This document shows positions 10,786 through 26,549 of a stretch of DNA of 64,000 nucleotides, in pieces (the first letter of the stretch is position 1; every line of letters begins with the position of its first letter). This stretch comes from Octopus sinensis (Eukaryota). The stretch spans positions 61,256,001-61,320,000 of the forward strand of contig NC_042997.1 in assembly GCF_006345805.1 (NCBI RefSeq), written 5' to 3'. The translations under genes were made by a program, and so were the position numbers. The notes under the pieces are model-generated. The model had not been told where the DNA came from and did not search any database. It worked only from the letters and a program-made list of their open reading frames with translations.

Positions 10786-13239
10786 GGTATCAGGAGCCTT
10801 TTATTGTATTGGCTGAGATTTTTCTTTAGTTATTTGAGAAAAGCATTAGTTCTTTGCACATCTTGGGAAGAGTATATTACTAGCACACTCTCTTTACTTC
10901 ACTTGGGACAGAATCTTCTTAGTGAATACTTTTTTCCATTGCCTTTTATACTAATTCTGACGGTTTGCAACTCACTTACTTTTAATGTCCTCCTCATTGT
11001 CACTTACTGTGGCTAGTATCATGAGAAGGGACCGCTGGTTGTCAACTTTTGAACCTGACAGCTAGGTGAGTTTACTGCAACCAGTGATGTAACCAATGTT
11101 TTTCTTTCAACAACAACAGTTTTCAGGACCTGCTGTTCTTTTGTTACTTCTACTGCTGGTTCATCACTCTCTTTCTCTGCCTTTCTTGTTCATCAAGGCA
11201 GAATGCCCCTAAATAGCTCTTACTAATACAAATGCAACATCAGGTTTCCTGCTCATTGTCATTGCTTTTGTTTCTCTAACTATGATGGAACTCAGCTCTG
11301 AAATGACTTTTGTATGTTTTATTTCTTTTTATCGTTCTAACCCCTTTTAATACATCATTTCTTGTTACCTCTGTATTCACAACTGCCCACACTGTACTAC
11401 AGAGGAGGCAATGAGTTAGGGGTTAATGCCACTGGCAATATCCCTGGCTGTCACCATTGTATGGCACTGGAAATATTGTAATGATAATAATGTATAATTG
11501 TATGAGCTTACAGGCAGGTGTGTGGCACACAAAACTAGCCTGTTTACTTGCTCCATTCCCATGTAGATAGGACTATATATTTTACTGTGATTCATGGAAA
11601 CCATGTTTCTACACTTATCAACCAGGGCCTCCTGCAACTGTCTATCCTTTTAAGGGTATATAACAGCTTCCAACAGTGTCAATAATAATGCAAGGGTATA
11701 TTACTCTCATTTTTGCTTGTTCCTGAATGTATTGCTCTGGCAAGAAAGCACTATCTCTAGTAGAACATTCCTCTATTGTCTCCTTTTCCTTAAAACTGAT
11801 CTATGTCTTGATATTCATTGTGATTCACTGCACTAGACATTTTATACTGTTGTTAAGTTCATTAATTTTTCTGTCTGTAATAATTACTATATCTGTTTGG
11901 AATTACTTTTATTTCTAAATCTGTGTTTTTGTAATTGTCTGACACTAAAACACTTAGTTCCAATTACAGAGTATATTTGAAACACAAACACCACATGGCT
12001 AATTAATGTAACTCACACTACATTCATGCTGCTCAACAGATGAAACATTAAAATAAAACCAGAAACAAAACATATCCTATAGCCAAACAAAACTTGCATA
12101 GTATGCAGTGTTCTCCAAAAGATAATGTTGCATACACTTCAAAAGTATGGAGGTATCCTTGATATTTCAGTAGAAATTTGCATAAAACTACCACAGGACA
12201 AGACCAGAAATTTGGTGGAGAGGTTTATTTGATTTAATTACTCCCCAGTACTTGATTGGTAGTTTATTTTATTGATCCTATGAGGACAAAAAGTAAAGTT
12301 GGTCTTGGCAGGATTTGAACATAGAACGTAAAGAATTGTAACTAAATACTGTAAGATATTTTGTCATCACCACTTGGTGATGGATGGAAGGACATTATAA
12401 GGAGAATTCAGAAAAATATGGCCTTTGTTCATGAGAGATGGTTATGAAAAAAAAAAAAAGGTAAACAACATGCATAAGGGATGTTTCAAGTGGGGGACAG
12501 CTACCTTGGGTTAATAAAAAAAATAAAAAACACGCCCCTGAATAAGATTTCTATTATTAGTGTGTTGTGATAATAGTGAGTGTGTGTTATGCTTTTGTGA
12601 AATCAAAATAAAAATTTTGTTGTAAGAATCAATAAACCATTCACAGATTTTACATTTTGCCAGTCTCTTTCATTAAAACTATTATTTACAAAACATGTTT
12701 CTTTTTTTTATTTATTTTTAGAGAAATCTCATTTCATCCATCTAAGAGAAGAGGAGGAAGCTTAGATTTTCTATTACATGAATGATAATTGTAAGTACTG
12801 GAATTTGCATTTTCAGCACTTAGTGTTCATTCTTTCTCTGAAAATGTTATTAAAGAATTATAAATGCACATAATATATATGTTAATATTATGTCGCTTTC
12901 CTTGTGATGCGTTGTCTATCATGCTACCAGCTCTTTTATGAGTATCATCTCTTATGTGACTTGGACACTCAGAGATTGTTTTTCCTAAATTTTCTCTGTG
13001 TATGTATGTATGTGTGTGTTTGTGTGTATGTATGTGTGCACGCATATGTATTTGCTTCATAATCATTAGCATTTCATTATCATTAACATCTTAGTAATAT
13101 GCACATGTTAATGCTTAGATCATGTACTGATTGTGATTTAAGGACTGCAATCCCTTCTGGTTCAATGATTTACTTGCATTACATTTAATTTTTAGCGCTG
13201 ATAGTGGAAGGTTTGAGAATTTTTCAGCATTAAATTACA

Positions 13240-14260
13240 TGTTATTTTTTCAGTTCACTTATATACAACATTTAAATCATGTGCATAGCATCTCCTGTGT
13301 TATCACCTATGATACTTTTGTTTCATCTGCATAACTAGAGAAGATGGCTGTCTGTATAGCTGAGGGTGTGTCTGAGAAAGCCATTATGAACAGCAGTGGC
13401 TCAGGATAGTATTCTATGTAACCCCATTCACTGTTATTGTTTCTTGGGAGATGGTTTCATTGGCTACTACTGCCTGACTTCTGTATTTTAAAAAGTCATG
13501 CAGCCACTCCCCCAGTTTTGTGACTATACTGAGATCATATAACTTTTGACATATTCCATGACTGACTTTATTGAAAGCTTTTGCAAAATTGAGATGCATT
13601 ACATCCAAATTTTAGTGGTTCAGCAATTGTTATTAGAGCCAAGCATATCTGTTGCAGGATCTGTGTCAGACAGCTCCTTTCTGTTGAAAATTACGTTGGT
13701 GTTAGTTTATAAATCATATTCTTTGAGGAACTTGATTAGTTTCCTTCTGACAATTTGTTCCATGACTTTGCTGATATGTGATATCAGAGACAGACAAGCC
13801 TATAATTTTTAGCATTTGCTCTGTTTCTACCTATAAGAATGGGACAAATTATGCATTCCTTTAACCTTCTTGGAAATTTACTACTTTGAAGAGTAACTGC
13901 AGTGGTTTTGTAAGGGATTGTTTACCCATTTTTAGAAGGATTGTGGGAAATCTACGAGGACCAGCAGCTGAGTTTAAGTTTATTTAATCTATCTTTTTTT
14001 TTTTATGTTGATGTAGTCAAATACTGCTGTCTCTGTATTTGTTACTGTGATGGCAAAGGATTCATCTGGTCTACTCACTTGCACGTGTCCCACAGATTAG
14101 GTGAAAACACTTTTGAATTGCTCATTCAGTATTTCACTTATCTGTCTGGGATTTGCAGATAGTAAACTGAGGTTCTGTTTCTTTAGCAAATTTGAAGAAA
14201 GCTTTAGGGTTTTGTTTCCTATGCTCTAAAATCATTGCCAGTTTGCTGCCTAATGTAGTA
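13240..14260 (-). mobile_element. CR1-like LINE fragment (RT region), decayed
   Basis: Translated pieces NPKAFFKFAK, SEILNEQFKSVFT, SAAGP, NYRLV/SLISHISKVMEQIV, LNFAKAFNKVSHG, LEPLLFI, YADETKV; frameshifts and stops. Confidence 0.85.
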
Positions 14261-15802
14261 TTAGTCATTGAGTTAACATTATTTTTTCCTCATTAAATAA
14301 GTATTTCTAATTAGATTTTTGATGTTGAATACATTAAATATTTAAACACTAACTTAACTATTGTATTCCATGCAGGTGGCAACTCTGAGTAATTAACTTC
14401 AATGACATTTCTTAATCTATGTAGTTTTTAAGTGAATTTTATTTTGTTAGGTTATCATGTAGTTGATAGTATCCTGTTCAGCAGGAGGTTTATCTCTTTT
14501 CAGTAATGACTCCCAGTTCAGTCAGCCATTTCAATTCTTGAAACTGTCAATCATGATAAAATATGTATGGGTAGATGATATGAGAAGGGTAGATGTTCAT
14601 ATGTTTCTATTTTTCTTTTACAATATGATGAGATATATATAAATGAACAAATAAATGAATATATAAAAATTAATCATGTCAGAACATGCTGTATTAAATT
14701 GTGAAACAAAGTTGTTTCAATATAGACTGTAGTGCGAGATTGAAAGGCGTGATGCTTGAAAGCCAAATATCAATCCCCACCAACACCCACCTCACTTACT
14801 CTTCCATTGCTATCACCACTATTTCTTCTAAAAATTACCATTGATGCATATGGAATAAGATAGTTATAATTAATATTATTGATGTATATTGGACTAAGAT
14901 AGTTATAATTAATGTTATGCATTGTCTATGATTTATTCTAATCAGTTCTGTTAGAACTTATCTGTGAAACAAAAGTAGATAGAAAGATAGATAGATAAAT
15001 AGAAAGAGAGAGAAAGAATTGATTAAACATTTAGTTGTAACTTGCAGGTATTTCTATCCTTCAGTGTGTGACTATCTGTTCTGGGACCATGCAGTAGTAC
15101 ACTGTGTGTGTGTGATACAGATTTGGTATGTCATATCTAAATTGATATTCATGATATACCATATTTAGATTGTTACTCAACTTATTCTTGTCTGATTGAA
15201 TGATTTAATGAAAGTCACTGCAGAGATAGTGTATGCTCAGTTGGCATGTAAGATAATTAAAAATAAATTGCTGAGGTTAATTACATACTCACTGATGCCA
15301 GCTGCATAATAAAGCAATAGTTAAGTTAGTGTCAACATACTTAATGCAGTGCACATTAACAAATCATATTAGAAATATGCAGGTGTTGAAGAAAAGACAT
15401 CAGCGAAATGACTACAGTAGTCATCGGCAACCTTTTGCAAGAAGTGGGCCACACAATACATGGTTCATTATTAGATGGGCTAAGGTGCCAAGCTGGCAGA
15501 ATAATTAGCATGTTGGACAGAGTGCTTTGCAGCATTTCATTCATCTTTACATTCTGGTTTCAAATTCCGCTGAGGTCAGCTTTATTTTTCATCCTTTAGG
15601 GGTTGATAAAATAAGTACCAGTTGAACACTGGGGTTAACATAATCAACTTTTCCTGCCCTCTCCTGAAATTGCTGGCCTTATGCCAAAATTTGAAATCAT
15701 TATTAGATAAGTTGCTCTACTAAAAAAAAAAGTCAAGGTAATATTGTGTTAGGCATGCCATTCAAAAAGTCCCATGGGCTGCTAGTTTGCCTGTGACTGG
15801 AC

Positions 15803-16021
15803 TACAAGGGTGTGCTGAAAAGTCCCTGGTTTTAAAGGTGTCACTTAAGGCTTGGTTGGAGGCCTAACCCTCCAAGTTCTTTTACAGGGCTTAGAAAAAC
15901 TGAAGGACCACTGCAATAAGTTTGTGAGTCTGAGACAGGAATATGTTGAATAAAATCATGATTAGCTGATCCTCCTGTATTTTCTTGTACCCAAAGCCAG
16001 GAACTGTTCAGCCTTTCCTCA
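15803..16021 (+). mobile_element. mariner-derived MITE
   Basis: TIR-like GTGTGCTGAAAAGTCCCTGGTTTT / AAAGCCAGGAACTGTTCAGC; retains a transposase C-terminal relic GLEKLKDHCNKFVSLRQEYVE*. Confidence 0.7.
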
Positions 16022-16066
16022 GAGTTTGGTCCATATGCTGGACTGAATGTAGCTATTGGTGTTGAG

Positions 16067-16110
<44 letters not shown>

Positions 16111-16421
16111 AGTAGGCAGTGGTGAATAATTATGTGTTTTGTTTTTTACTGGTATGATGTTAATGTCTATGGATATTTAAGAGTGCAGTTGGAAAAAAAG
16201 TTGCAGGGACTGCAAGGCTTCAAGTGAAGAGCAATGATGAACCCCTCCCCACATCACATGTCTAGATGATCTTGATTTACTATGAATGTATTCTGATAGT
16301 GTGTAGCAAATATTGTTTTATAAGGTTTGTTGTTTCCTTTCTTAGGTTGACAGGTTAATGTACATGTTATAGGGCTGATAGTTCATAAAGGATAGTATAT
16401 ATTGTTACTAAATTTTATATA

Positions 16422-17357
16422 TATTGGGTCATTCCATAAATAATGCAGTTTTTTAATGCTACTTTTATTTTTCAAAATTAAGATAATCAAAGTTCTTTTT
16501 TGATCCAAAATATACTTTCCTTCATTTTCTACAATGCTTTTACATCTATCTGGTAGACTTGCAAGGCTCCTCTTCCAAAATTCACTTGTCTGTGATGAAA
16601 AAGACTCCTCCAGTACTGTTCTGACCTCATCTACAGAACTCCTATCTTTTCCATCCAAATGATTTTGTAGACTGTGAAATAAATGATAACCAGATGAGGC
16701 AATGTCTGGCGAATATGGTGGGTGGGGCATCTTTTCCCATTCAAACTGCTCCAGCCTTTGGAATGTCATCCTTGCTGTATGTGGCTGAGCATTATCCTGA
16801 TAGAACAGCTTTCGTCTTAAAACCAAAGATGGTCGTTTTTCTTCTAGCACTGACTTTAATGACTGGTTGAATGACCAAATCCAAGCTTCTCTGCTAGTGT
16901 CTAGCATATGTTGTCTTATATGTTACAATAGGATTTTGTTCCACCAGTGTTTGCAGGATGTCTTCGTTGAGCTCTACAGATCTTCCAAGATGTGGTTCAT
17001 TTTCTAGGCTGTAGCTTCCAGCTCAGAATTTCTGGAACCACTGTTGACACTGGCTTACACTTCTTGTCTGATCCTCATATATTGCATTAATATTCCTCAC
17101 ACTTTCTGTTGCATTTGTTGCCTTTATTGAACTCATAAAGTAAATATGCCGAATATGCTTCTTTGTCACTTCCATTATAGCTTTGCAGTTTAATTTTGAC
17201 AGTTATTTTTCCTCTCTTCAAAACTTGCACTAAGAATAAAGACAAGGTAAATTTACTACCAGCTTTTATAGCAAGTTGATGCAGGTAGTTTAACCTGTCC
17301 CCCTCTGACTTTTAGTTCATGCAATAAAAAACGCATTATTTACGGGATGACCTACTA
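16422..17357 (-). mobile_element. Internally deleted mariner (DD34D-type) transposon
   Basis: TIRs TATTGGGTCATTCCATAAATAATGC and GCATTATTTACGGGATGACCTACTA in TA context. N-terminal HTH relic joined after LAEKLGFGHST to LKSVLEEKRP; QDNAQPH and HPPYSPDIASSGY motifs (third D appears mutated to G). Confidence 0.9.
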
Positions 17358-17619
17358 TATATATATATTATTAATATTGGTTTCAAATTTTGACACAATA
17401 CCAGCAAGTTCATGGGATGGGGTAAGTTGATTACATCAACCCCAGTGCTCAACTGGTACTTACTTAATTGACCCCAAAAGATGAAGGGCAAAGTTGACCC
17501 CAGTGGCATTTGAACTGAGAACATAAAGACAGATGGAATGCCACTAAGCATTTTGCCTAGCATGCTAGCGATTCTGCCAGCTCACTACCTTATATTTTAT
17601 CAGTATTATATATTGTTAC

Positions 17620-17660
17620 TAAATTATATATATATATATATATAATATATATATATATAT

Positions 17661-17691
<31 letters not shown>

Positions 17692-17714
17692 ATATAGCTC
17701 TGCCTGTCTGTCAT

Positions 17715-17759
<45 letters not shown>

Positions 17760-17770
17760 ATATGTATAAA
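17620..17770. repeat. Compound (TA)n microsatellite
   Basis: Direct TA runs. Confidence 0.95.
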
Positions 17771-20700
17771 TGATGGATTCTCTTGTCATGGATGACAAAT
17801 GAGGGTTCAATAAAATAAAGCATTAATCATGTTCTTTGGACACAAATGTCTCTTGATGCCTACTGTTGCTTTGTGAACCTTTTGGCAAATGGAACAAGTT
17901 GGGGACTCAGTTTGTTTAAGTGCTTGTGGATCATTTATTATGTGTTGTTTTATCAGTATTATATATTGTTACTAAGTTATATAAATTAATATATATATCT
18001 ATTATATTATCTCTCTCTTTCTCTCTCTCTCTCTCTATCTGTCTCTCTCTCTATCTCTCTATCTATTTGTCTATCCTTCCTCCCTCCCTCCCTTTTTCCT
18101 TCCTTCCTTCCTTCCTTCTTTCATTCCTATATATTGTTGATAAATTAGTAAAATTTTTGTTTTTTGGTTAGATCTTAATGAATATTTTAGCTGTAACTGT
18201 ATATCATTCATTCATCATTATTTAACGTCCGCTTTCCATGCTAGCATGGACTTTTAAATTGTTTATTTAGGTTAGAGTAAAGTATGAGAATGTAAGAGAA
18301 TTAAAACACAAGAAATAGAGTATAATTCCTTCCAAAACATGTGGCATCACAGCAAAATACCAAAGAAAAATCCAGAAGTGTTCCTATTGCTGCTTAACAA
18401 TGGCAAATATAGGTTATGCGTCTTTTTACAACTGAAACATCTGGCATAACTGCCGCAACATACATAAAAGACAATTTTAACCATTCTGTATCCTATAATA
18501 AATAAAGACACTCATCAAGTTAAAAACTATAATGTTCTATAAAAATGAATGTCAGATATCAGTAAAGGTAGCAGCTACCATTTTTCTGGAACAAAAATAG
18601 TTTCAGTATATTGAAGTATAACATGCACAGTGTGCGAAACGCATTTTTTGAGCTATAAATAGGTTTATCACCCATTTGGCATTTATGTGTACAGGAAAAA
18701 ATGCTGGAATCAACATATCCAACTGAGAAGCCATAGTTTTAAGCTATGTAAAGATAAACAAAAAATTTAAAGAATATTGGCATAAAAACAAAAAACTTGG
18801 AACTGAAAGTTCTAAAATATAATCCAGTAAATTCTAAGTTTATTAACATTATCAACTTAAATATACCACCCTGAATCTTATCCATAGTTACACTTGGCCA
18901 CATACTCTAAGTATATATCCCCAAACTTCTCACTTGGTACACATAGAGAGATTGTACCACCAAATCAAGGGCTGGCTTGATACTCTGAATGTTCTTAATG
19001 ACCCACATTAACAGGGCTCTGAGTGTCACCAAAAATATCACAATTTCACTTAACTACATACTCCAATTATATGCTGAAATCTTATTTGATGCACATATAG
19101 AGATTGTGCTGTTAATATATGTAGTGGTATGAATTCCTTGAATATTTTAAATGATCCATACCAACATAGTTGTGTGTCTCTCCAAACTTGTCATACAACA
19201 GCGCTCAGTCAGGTATCAATTTTTACATAACCAGCCTTGTCACAATGACAACTGTCTGTTTGTCAGTGGTTCTTAAATATGTATAATGCAGAATTAAAAT
19301 AGCAACATGGACTGGCATACTACCAATAAACCTAATTTTCAACATCTTTTATGATTGCCTTCTATTCATCAAGACACACAGTTCATATTTAGATGTATCT
19401 CTCTATAAATACCTTCACTTTGATACAAAAGAATAAAATCTTTCGATTACCAAATTATCTTTCCTTCACAGCGTGATTGTACATTTATAAAAATCTATAA
19501 ACAGTTACAGACCACATAATTTTCTACAAATATCTTTTCTGAATAGATTTATTGCTGTTTTATATTTACTTAAATATATAAGACTTTTTTCTATCAAACA
19601 CTTTCTTCAATTGTATTTACAGATTTCCTGCAGTTAAATGTAAAAAGAAATACTTTGGCTAAACTTAGTAGGGATGAAGAGAGAGATTTTGAATGCTTGG
19701 TATAAATTTGTCTGAAAATTTCTATAGCCAAGTAAACGAATAATGTGATAGTGAATTGATAGCAGTATTCTGTTATTTGTTTATTGACTTCAATCATTGA
19801 TTTGAAGCCACTTGGGGTGGCTGTCAACAAAGATTATTTGTTCATATCAACCCCTGTGCTTAATTCAGTTTGTTCCTTATTTAATCAAACTATATTTATT
19901 GAATGGCTAAGTCAATTTTTAGACAACACCAGTTTTTATTCTGGTAAATAAACACTCACATACACACTCATGCACACATATACACATGCACTTATGTATA
20001 CACGCGTGCACACACACACTCACTCTCATGCATATTCACACAATGGACTTCTATATACATAGTTTTCTTCTGCCAAATTCCACTAAAAGGAGATATTGGT
20101 CAAGTATATTAGAAGAATGAAACTTCTGTTGCAAGGAATAGTTGAACTGCCCCATACCCATTTATTTTTAGAATTATTAACACTGATGTCCCTAATGCTA
20201 GGCTTCTTCTGCACCAGATAATGTTACTGTTTTGATCAGTTGCTGTCTACAAGACACATTTATGGCCTATATTGGAGTACCACTTTCATATTCAACATGT
20301 AACAGCTGTTGCACACATACAAGCATTTTATATTGTACCCCTTCAAATGCTATAATTGTTTCATACACCTTTAATCACCAATATGATATTTTTTCTCTGT
20401 CTCTTCTGCTATTACTACAAATATTCTTCTATCCTGGAACTGATTTACTTGTTTCCTTTGTCTTATCAACCCTGCTTTGAGTTATTCTTCAAACTCCTTA
20501 TGTTATACTTTTCAGTCTATCCTTCTTCCCCAGAAATTCTCAGTCCTGTTGATAACAATCTGTAAAATGTTTCAACTTCACTAGTCTAGCAAAGTACGGA
20601 AAAATTGCAGATGCCTCCTCCCCATCTAAATTATTTTATACAAAAAAAAAAAATCTGAGACAGATATCAAGATTCACATTTATTTTTTTTATGTGTGTAA

Positions 20701-20998
20701 TGTTTACTAAAATGTCAATCCTTTTGATTTGATACCATCCCATCCAAGATCGTCCCTGGTTCTGAAATACAGGCTTTACATTTTAAAGAAATTTAAATCA
20801 AAGTCTTCTATCAAAATTTCATGTTCATTTATGTTCCACTACTAATTTAGACTTTACAACTAGAACTTGATTTTTATTAGTTAGATATACTGGAACCAAT
20901 AAAGTTATGTGTTGTGCTTTGAACTTTTGACCATATAGTCAGTAGTACAACTTAATTTTGAATCAATAGTGACACAGTATATTATTTCATATAGTTTA

Positions 20999-21464
<466 letters not shown>

Positions 21465-22944
21465 TGGTCAATATTTTTGTTATATTCATAGGCTTGGCAA
21501 TAACCATCATGAATCACCCCCTCCCTGAGTGTTCTGCTTTGTCAAGTGAAATTGTGCTTTATTTAAGTCAGCTATTATTATTTTCCAGATAACGTTGTTT
21601 TGTGCTACAGTACAAAGCAATGATAATTTATCTTAATACCTCCTGCCATGCTACCTCTTTTCCAGTACTGCGATAATCAATTTCATACTAATAATTCACT
21701 CCCTACTTCACAATTAAGATGTTAAAACACTTCTGTCTAAATTAAGATAATGAAACAGTAAAAAAACACTTGGACTTTATAAGCGTTATGTGTCTTGCCT
21801 GTACATTATAAATTCTTATAATAGATATATGTTAGTCAGGCTTTTTAGAATGCTGCTTCACTTTTTGTATTACCTACTTAACATCAAATTATTATTTATG
21901 CCATCTTAACATAAACATATTTGTTCACTTTTGCCTTATTCCCTTTTCACCAGAAGCTTTCCTGAAGATTTTTTTCAATATATCAAGGTTAGTTATAAAT
22001 TTAGTTGGCAAAATTATATTTTATATTTATCTACTGAATGGCAAATAACTGTTGATAAACAATTTTTATAAGTGTTTAAATGTAATATTTCATTAGTAAA
22101 TCTTAAAACCAGAAGAAACCTTCATGAAATTTTCAATTATATGTTAAAAGAAAGAAATATACACTGCAAGGAAATTATGAATCAAATCTTATGACAAATC
22201 TTTTTACTACATTTTTGGTTTCTATGTTTCTAATTTGTAGCTTTAAGTCAACAATGATTACAAGCAGACACCGAGGTGTCTTGCTTTGTTAATATAATCA
22301 TGGTTGTTAAGCAAAAGAAAATGACTGAAATAGCACACTTTCATTAAGAAGTCTTTTAAGCTGGCCATACTGCCTTCATTTCTTCATATTTTACTTAGTA
22401 ATATAAGTTGTCAAATGAGCTCTTCTAAATACAAGGCACTTATGTTGATAAATTATGTTAAAAAATATTCTTCAGTTAGGGTTAGAGCAGGCATAGCTAT
22501 GTGGGTTAAGAATAAAGATTTTAGCTAGCAAGATAAAGATTTTAGCTCTGTAGGTTAAGAAGTTTGGGTTGCAATTATGTGGTTTTGGAGTTCAGTCCCA
22601 TTGCATGCTACCCTGGGTGTCAACCAAAGCTTTGTGAGGGAAATTTGGTTGGTGGAAGCTGTATAAGTTTATGATGAGGCAGGACCATTCCTGTTCTTGA
22701 GTGATAGATGTAATCTGTCACCAAGTTTAAAATCACTACCTTCGAAGCCTTGAGTAGAGTCAAGTGTGTTTGCAAGCATTCAGACCACATTTGTTTGATA
22801 ATAATTTGTAACTGCAGAAACTCATTGTGAGTTATGGTTTCTTCCTCCCTTTTCCCTCAGTAATCACAGGGGCCTTAGAAAAATTAGAAATCATGAGTAG
22901 TGCCCTCCACTGACTTATATGATGGGCTTCCGCACAGTTTCTCT

Positions 22945-23255
22945 GGCATTCTATCGCTTACAACGACAAGGGTTCCAGTTGATCTGATCAATAGAACACC
23001 CTGCTTATGAAATTAATATGCAAGTGATTGAGCACTCCACAGACACATGTACCCTTAATGCAGTTCCTAGGAAGATTCAGCATGGCACTGAGTGTGACAA
23101 GGCTAGTCCTTTGAAATACAGGTACTACTGATGTTTGCCAGCTGAGAGGACTGAAGCAACATGAAATAAAGTGTCTTGCTCAAGGACTCAATGCATTGCT
23201 GGGAATTGAACTCACAACCTTACAATCATGGGCTGAATACCCTAACCACAAAGCC
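22945..23255 (-). mobile_element. tRNA-derived SINE family C
   Basis: Shares AAGGGTACATGTGTCTGTGGAGTGCTCA...GATCAACTGGAACCC domain with 59777-60160 and 23865-24130. Confidence 0.8.
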
Positions 23256-23864
23256 ACGTGCCTTCACCCACACAGTTTACATCTACCAAATTCAATCACA
23301 AGACATTGGTCAACCCAGCGCTATAGTGAAAGGCACTTGCTCATGCCATGCAGTAGGACTGAACCCAAAACCATGTAGTTACAAACCATAATAAATAACA
23401 AAAAGAATTGAACTGGATTTCTTTCACATTTTCCTGAGTATTTATGAGAGATGACAGAATGATAATGATCACAAATTAACATCCTTACCATTAGTTTTGT
23501 GCACTTTACTGAACTTGGTTCGTTTTGTTGACAATAATTGCATAACAGTTCACATTTGGTTAGAAGGCAGTATGAAGAGCAAAATTGTTTTCTTCTAAAA
23601 GTTTCTAATTATAACCAGATTTGTAAAGCCATTAAACACTTGCATGTATTGTGAAAACTTGTAAAAATCTCATAAATATATAATGTTTTTAATGTGAAAT
23701 TCAAATTAGTTAATTAATGGAATTGTGTGAGTGGCAAGAGTGTAAATGTTTAACAGAATATTTCTAATCTGTACAGGATACAATATTATCAGAAAATATG
23801 TCGAAAGTCAATGTAGTGATATGCAATGTGTTTTAAATAGCTGTATGGTCTCTTCCAAAGTTGT

Positions 23865-24130
23865 GTGGCTTAGTGGTCAGGGTTTTGGGCTCACAATCAT
23901 AAGGTTGTGAGGTCAGTGTCCGGGTATGCATTATATCCTTGAGGAATATACTTTATTTGAAAGGGCCAGCCATGTCACATTCTGTGTCATGCTGAATCTC
24001 TCTGAGAAATATGTTAAGGGTATACATGTCTGTGGAATGCTCAGCCACTTGTACATTAATTTCACGAGCAGGCTATTCTGTTAATCAGATCAACTGGAAC
24101 CCTTGTCATCGTAATTGGCGGAGTGCCACA
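23865..24130 (+). mobile_element. tRNA-derived SINE family C
   Basis: TGGCTTAGTGGTCAGGG head and the same central and 3' domain as 22945-23255, in opposite orientation. Confidence 0.8.
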
Positions 24131-26549
24131 CGCATTGTCTCTTTCACAATGTGATTGTTTCTTTTTAAGCTTACCTTTTACTTGTTTTAGTTATCAGACT
24201 GTGGCTATGCTGGGGCACCACCTTGAAGGTTTTTAGTCAAATAAATCAATCTTAATACTTATTTTTTAAAGTCTGGTACTTATTCTATCAGTCTCTTGTG
24301 CTGAACAACTAAATTATGGGGGCCATAAACAAACCAACACTGGCTGTTAAGTTATGTGAAAGGGAAAACACAGTTTTCCTCTACCAAATTCATTTACAAG
24401 GTATTGATCAATTCAGGGCTGTTGTAAAAAGCACTTACTTGTGCCATGCAATGGGACTGAACTCAAAACCATGTAGTTGCAAAGTGAACTTCTTAACACA
24501 TCTATGCCTGCAAGCTGAGTGCATATTAATTATATTGGGTAATTACTGCATTGTTATTTGCTATCCTGAGATAATTTTCTTAATACAGTTGTTATAAATG
24601 AAATATTCTCTTATAGTGCCGAAGTGTAGCAAAAGCCAAGTGGATTACATATTAGCCTCTCAGCTCAAAAGTTATAAGTTCATATCCTGTCTTTGGTACT
24701 GTTTCTAAGGTTAGTGCTAAACCACACCCACTCTGTTCACTTGTAACTACAGAACAGATAGAAACAAAGTGAGAATGCGTTATTAGTTGTGCACTCAGCT
24801 AAATGGAATTTGACAAGGACTTTTGTGGGTCTTCTTACACAAGAACAGGATATAATTATGTAATAAAACTTGAGCAGTATGATACTTTACATTTAATTGG
24901 TTGATTAAGAATGGATGAATGACATATAAATTCTATTGTATTCATCATTTACTTCTTGTATGAAAGCTAATCTTTGTTTTGGAGACTTACATGACCTTCT
25001 GAAACTTTTAATGGAAATCTGTCGATCTGATCATAATATGATTTGATAGTGTCAGGGTGTTGTGTTCAGATTGACAGCTTATCAGTCAATTATTAAATAA
25101 AATCTATACAGCATTGAGATGCTTCTCATTTTTATACAACATCATATACACATATGAGTATTATCTTTTTGTTCAATGTAAATTTTGTTCATTACTAAGG
25201 AAAATAATAAACAATGTTGAAAAATAATTTAATTATTGAACAACTATTCACTGGGTTCTAATTTTATGTATTTACAAAAAGTAAAAAAAAAAGATCAACA
25301 CTATTTATAATTTATTTTATCATAAAGAGTATATATTGGTTGTTAAATCAGTACCATTATTAGTTTTTCTATATCTTTATCATAAGTTTTCCAGTTTTTC
25401 TCTTTTTTTTTCTTTTTTTTCTGCTTTCCTAAACGATTTCAGTTGATGCTTTTGAAATATAAATAAATAGGAATATATAAAATTATGCATATCTTTTGTA
25501 TTATCATATTTCTTTTTAATGAAGAAGAATGTCAACAATAAAAACATATTCAAAAAATAACTATGTAAATAAGGTTGGTTTGTAATGCAATTATTGATTT
25601 TAAAATAATTGCTTCAGCAAATCTTATTAACTTAACAAAGAATTTCATTTAGCTTCACAGTTATCTTAAATTGTCTCAAGGCATTCCAGCATTAAATGTA
25701 AGAAAGTAAGCTATATATTTGAAAGATAAAAAAGATTCTATATTCATTCTCATTAGTTCATTTCAGTAATGTAATTCTTACCAGAATGTTCTATTACCAC
25801 AATTCTTTCTTAGATACTGGAAGTCAATAGAAGCTGGAGGAATATTATATCTATGCATATAATTAATATCAATTTCTCAGTTGTAAACTATCTCAAGTAG
25901 ATGAATAATAAGTGAAATAACTTAATCATTTCATTAAAGGGTGAAAGGATTTTTGTCAGTTACTTGGTAACTTGGACAATCTTCTTATTCTTCTTCTCTG
26001 CTCTCATCAGACTATTGACATCTTTGCTCTTATGTCTCTTGTTACAACAAACCTAATACCCTTGCTCCTGTATTTCTCTTATTGTGACAACTCTAACATT
26101 CTTGATATTGTACCTTGCTTGTCAACACTTTTCTAACACCCTTGTTATTGTGCCTCTCTTGCCATCACAACTCTGACATCTTTGTTGTATGTCTTATTCA
26201 TCTCTTTCATGCTAGCTATATAATGAAACACAAATTGATTGTGATGCAGCTGCCCACCACCTAACTTATCGTAATCAATATGGAAGTAAAATACCCAACA
26301 TGAAACACAAGCTGCCAAACTGCACACTTTCATTCCCGAGTTCTGATCTATGCTAAATGATTGTTGCTATCTTATAGATGCAGAAATAGTCAATGTATGT
26401 CTAGATTGCAATGACACTTTACATGATGTCTCACATTTCTTTCATTGCATAGCTAATCTTCATTTGTCAAGGTAAAATGCAGTGGGTTTGAACCCAGTAC
26501 CACATGGCAGCAAAGCAAACTTTTCACTGCACTGCCATACCTGTTCCCA

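Noticed and set aside
18350-18492. Alternative frame MVKIVFYVCCGSY resembling Rdx/SelW-like N-terminus
   Set aside because: No CxxC/CxxU spacing, no UGA, and the remainder is unlike the family.
21492-21545. Peptide LAITIMNHPLP reminiscent of ABCA transporter I..NHPL motif
   Set aside because: No other ABCA-like exon found; match too short.
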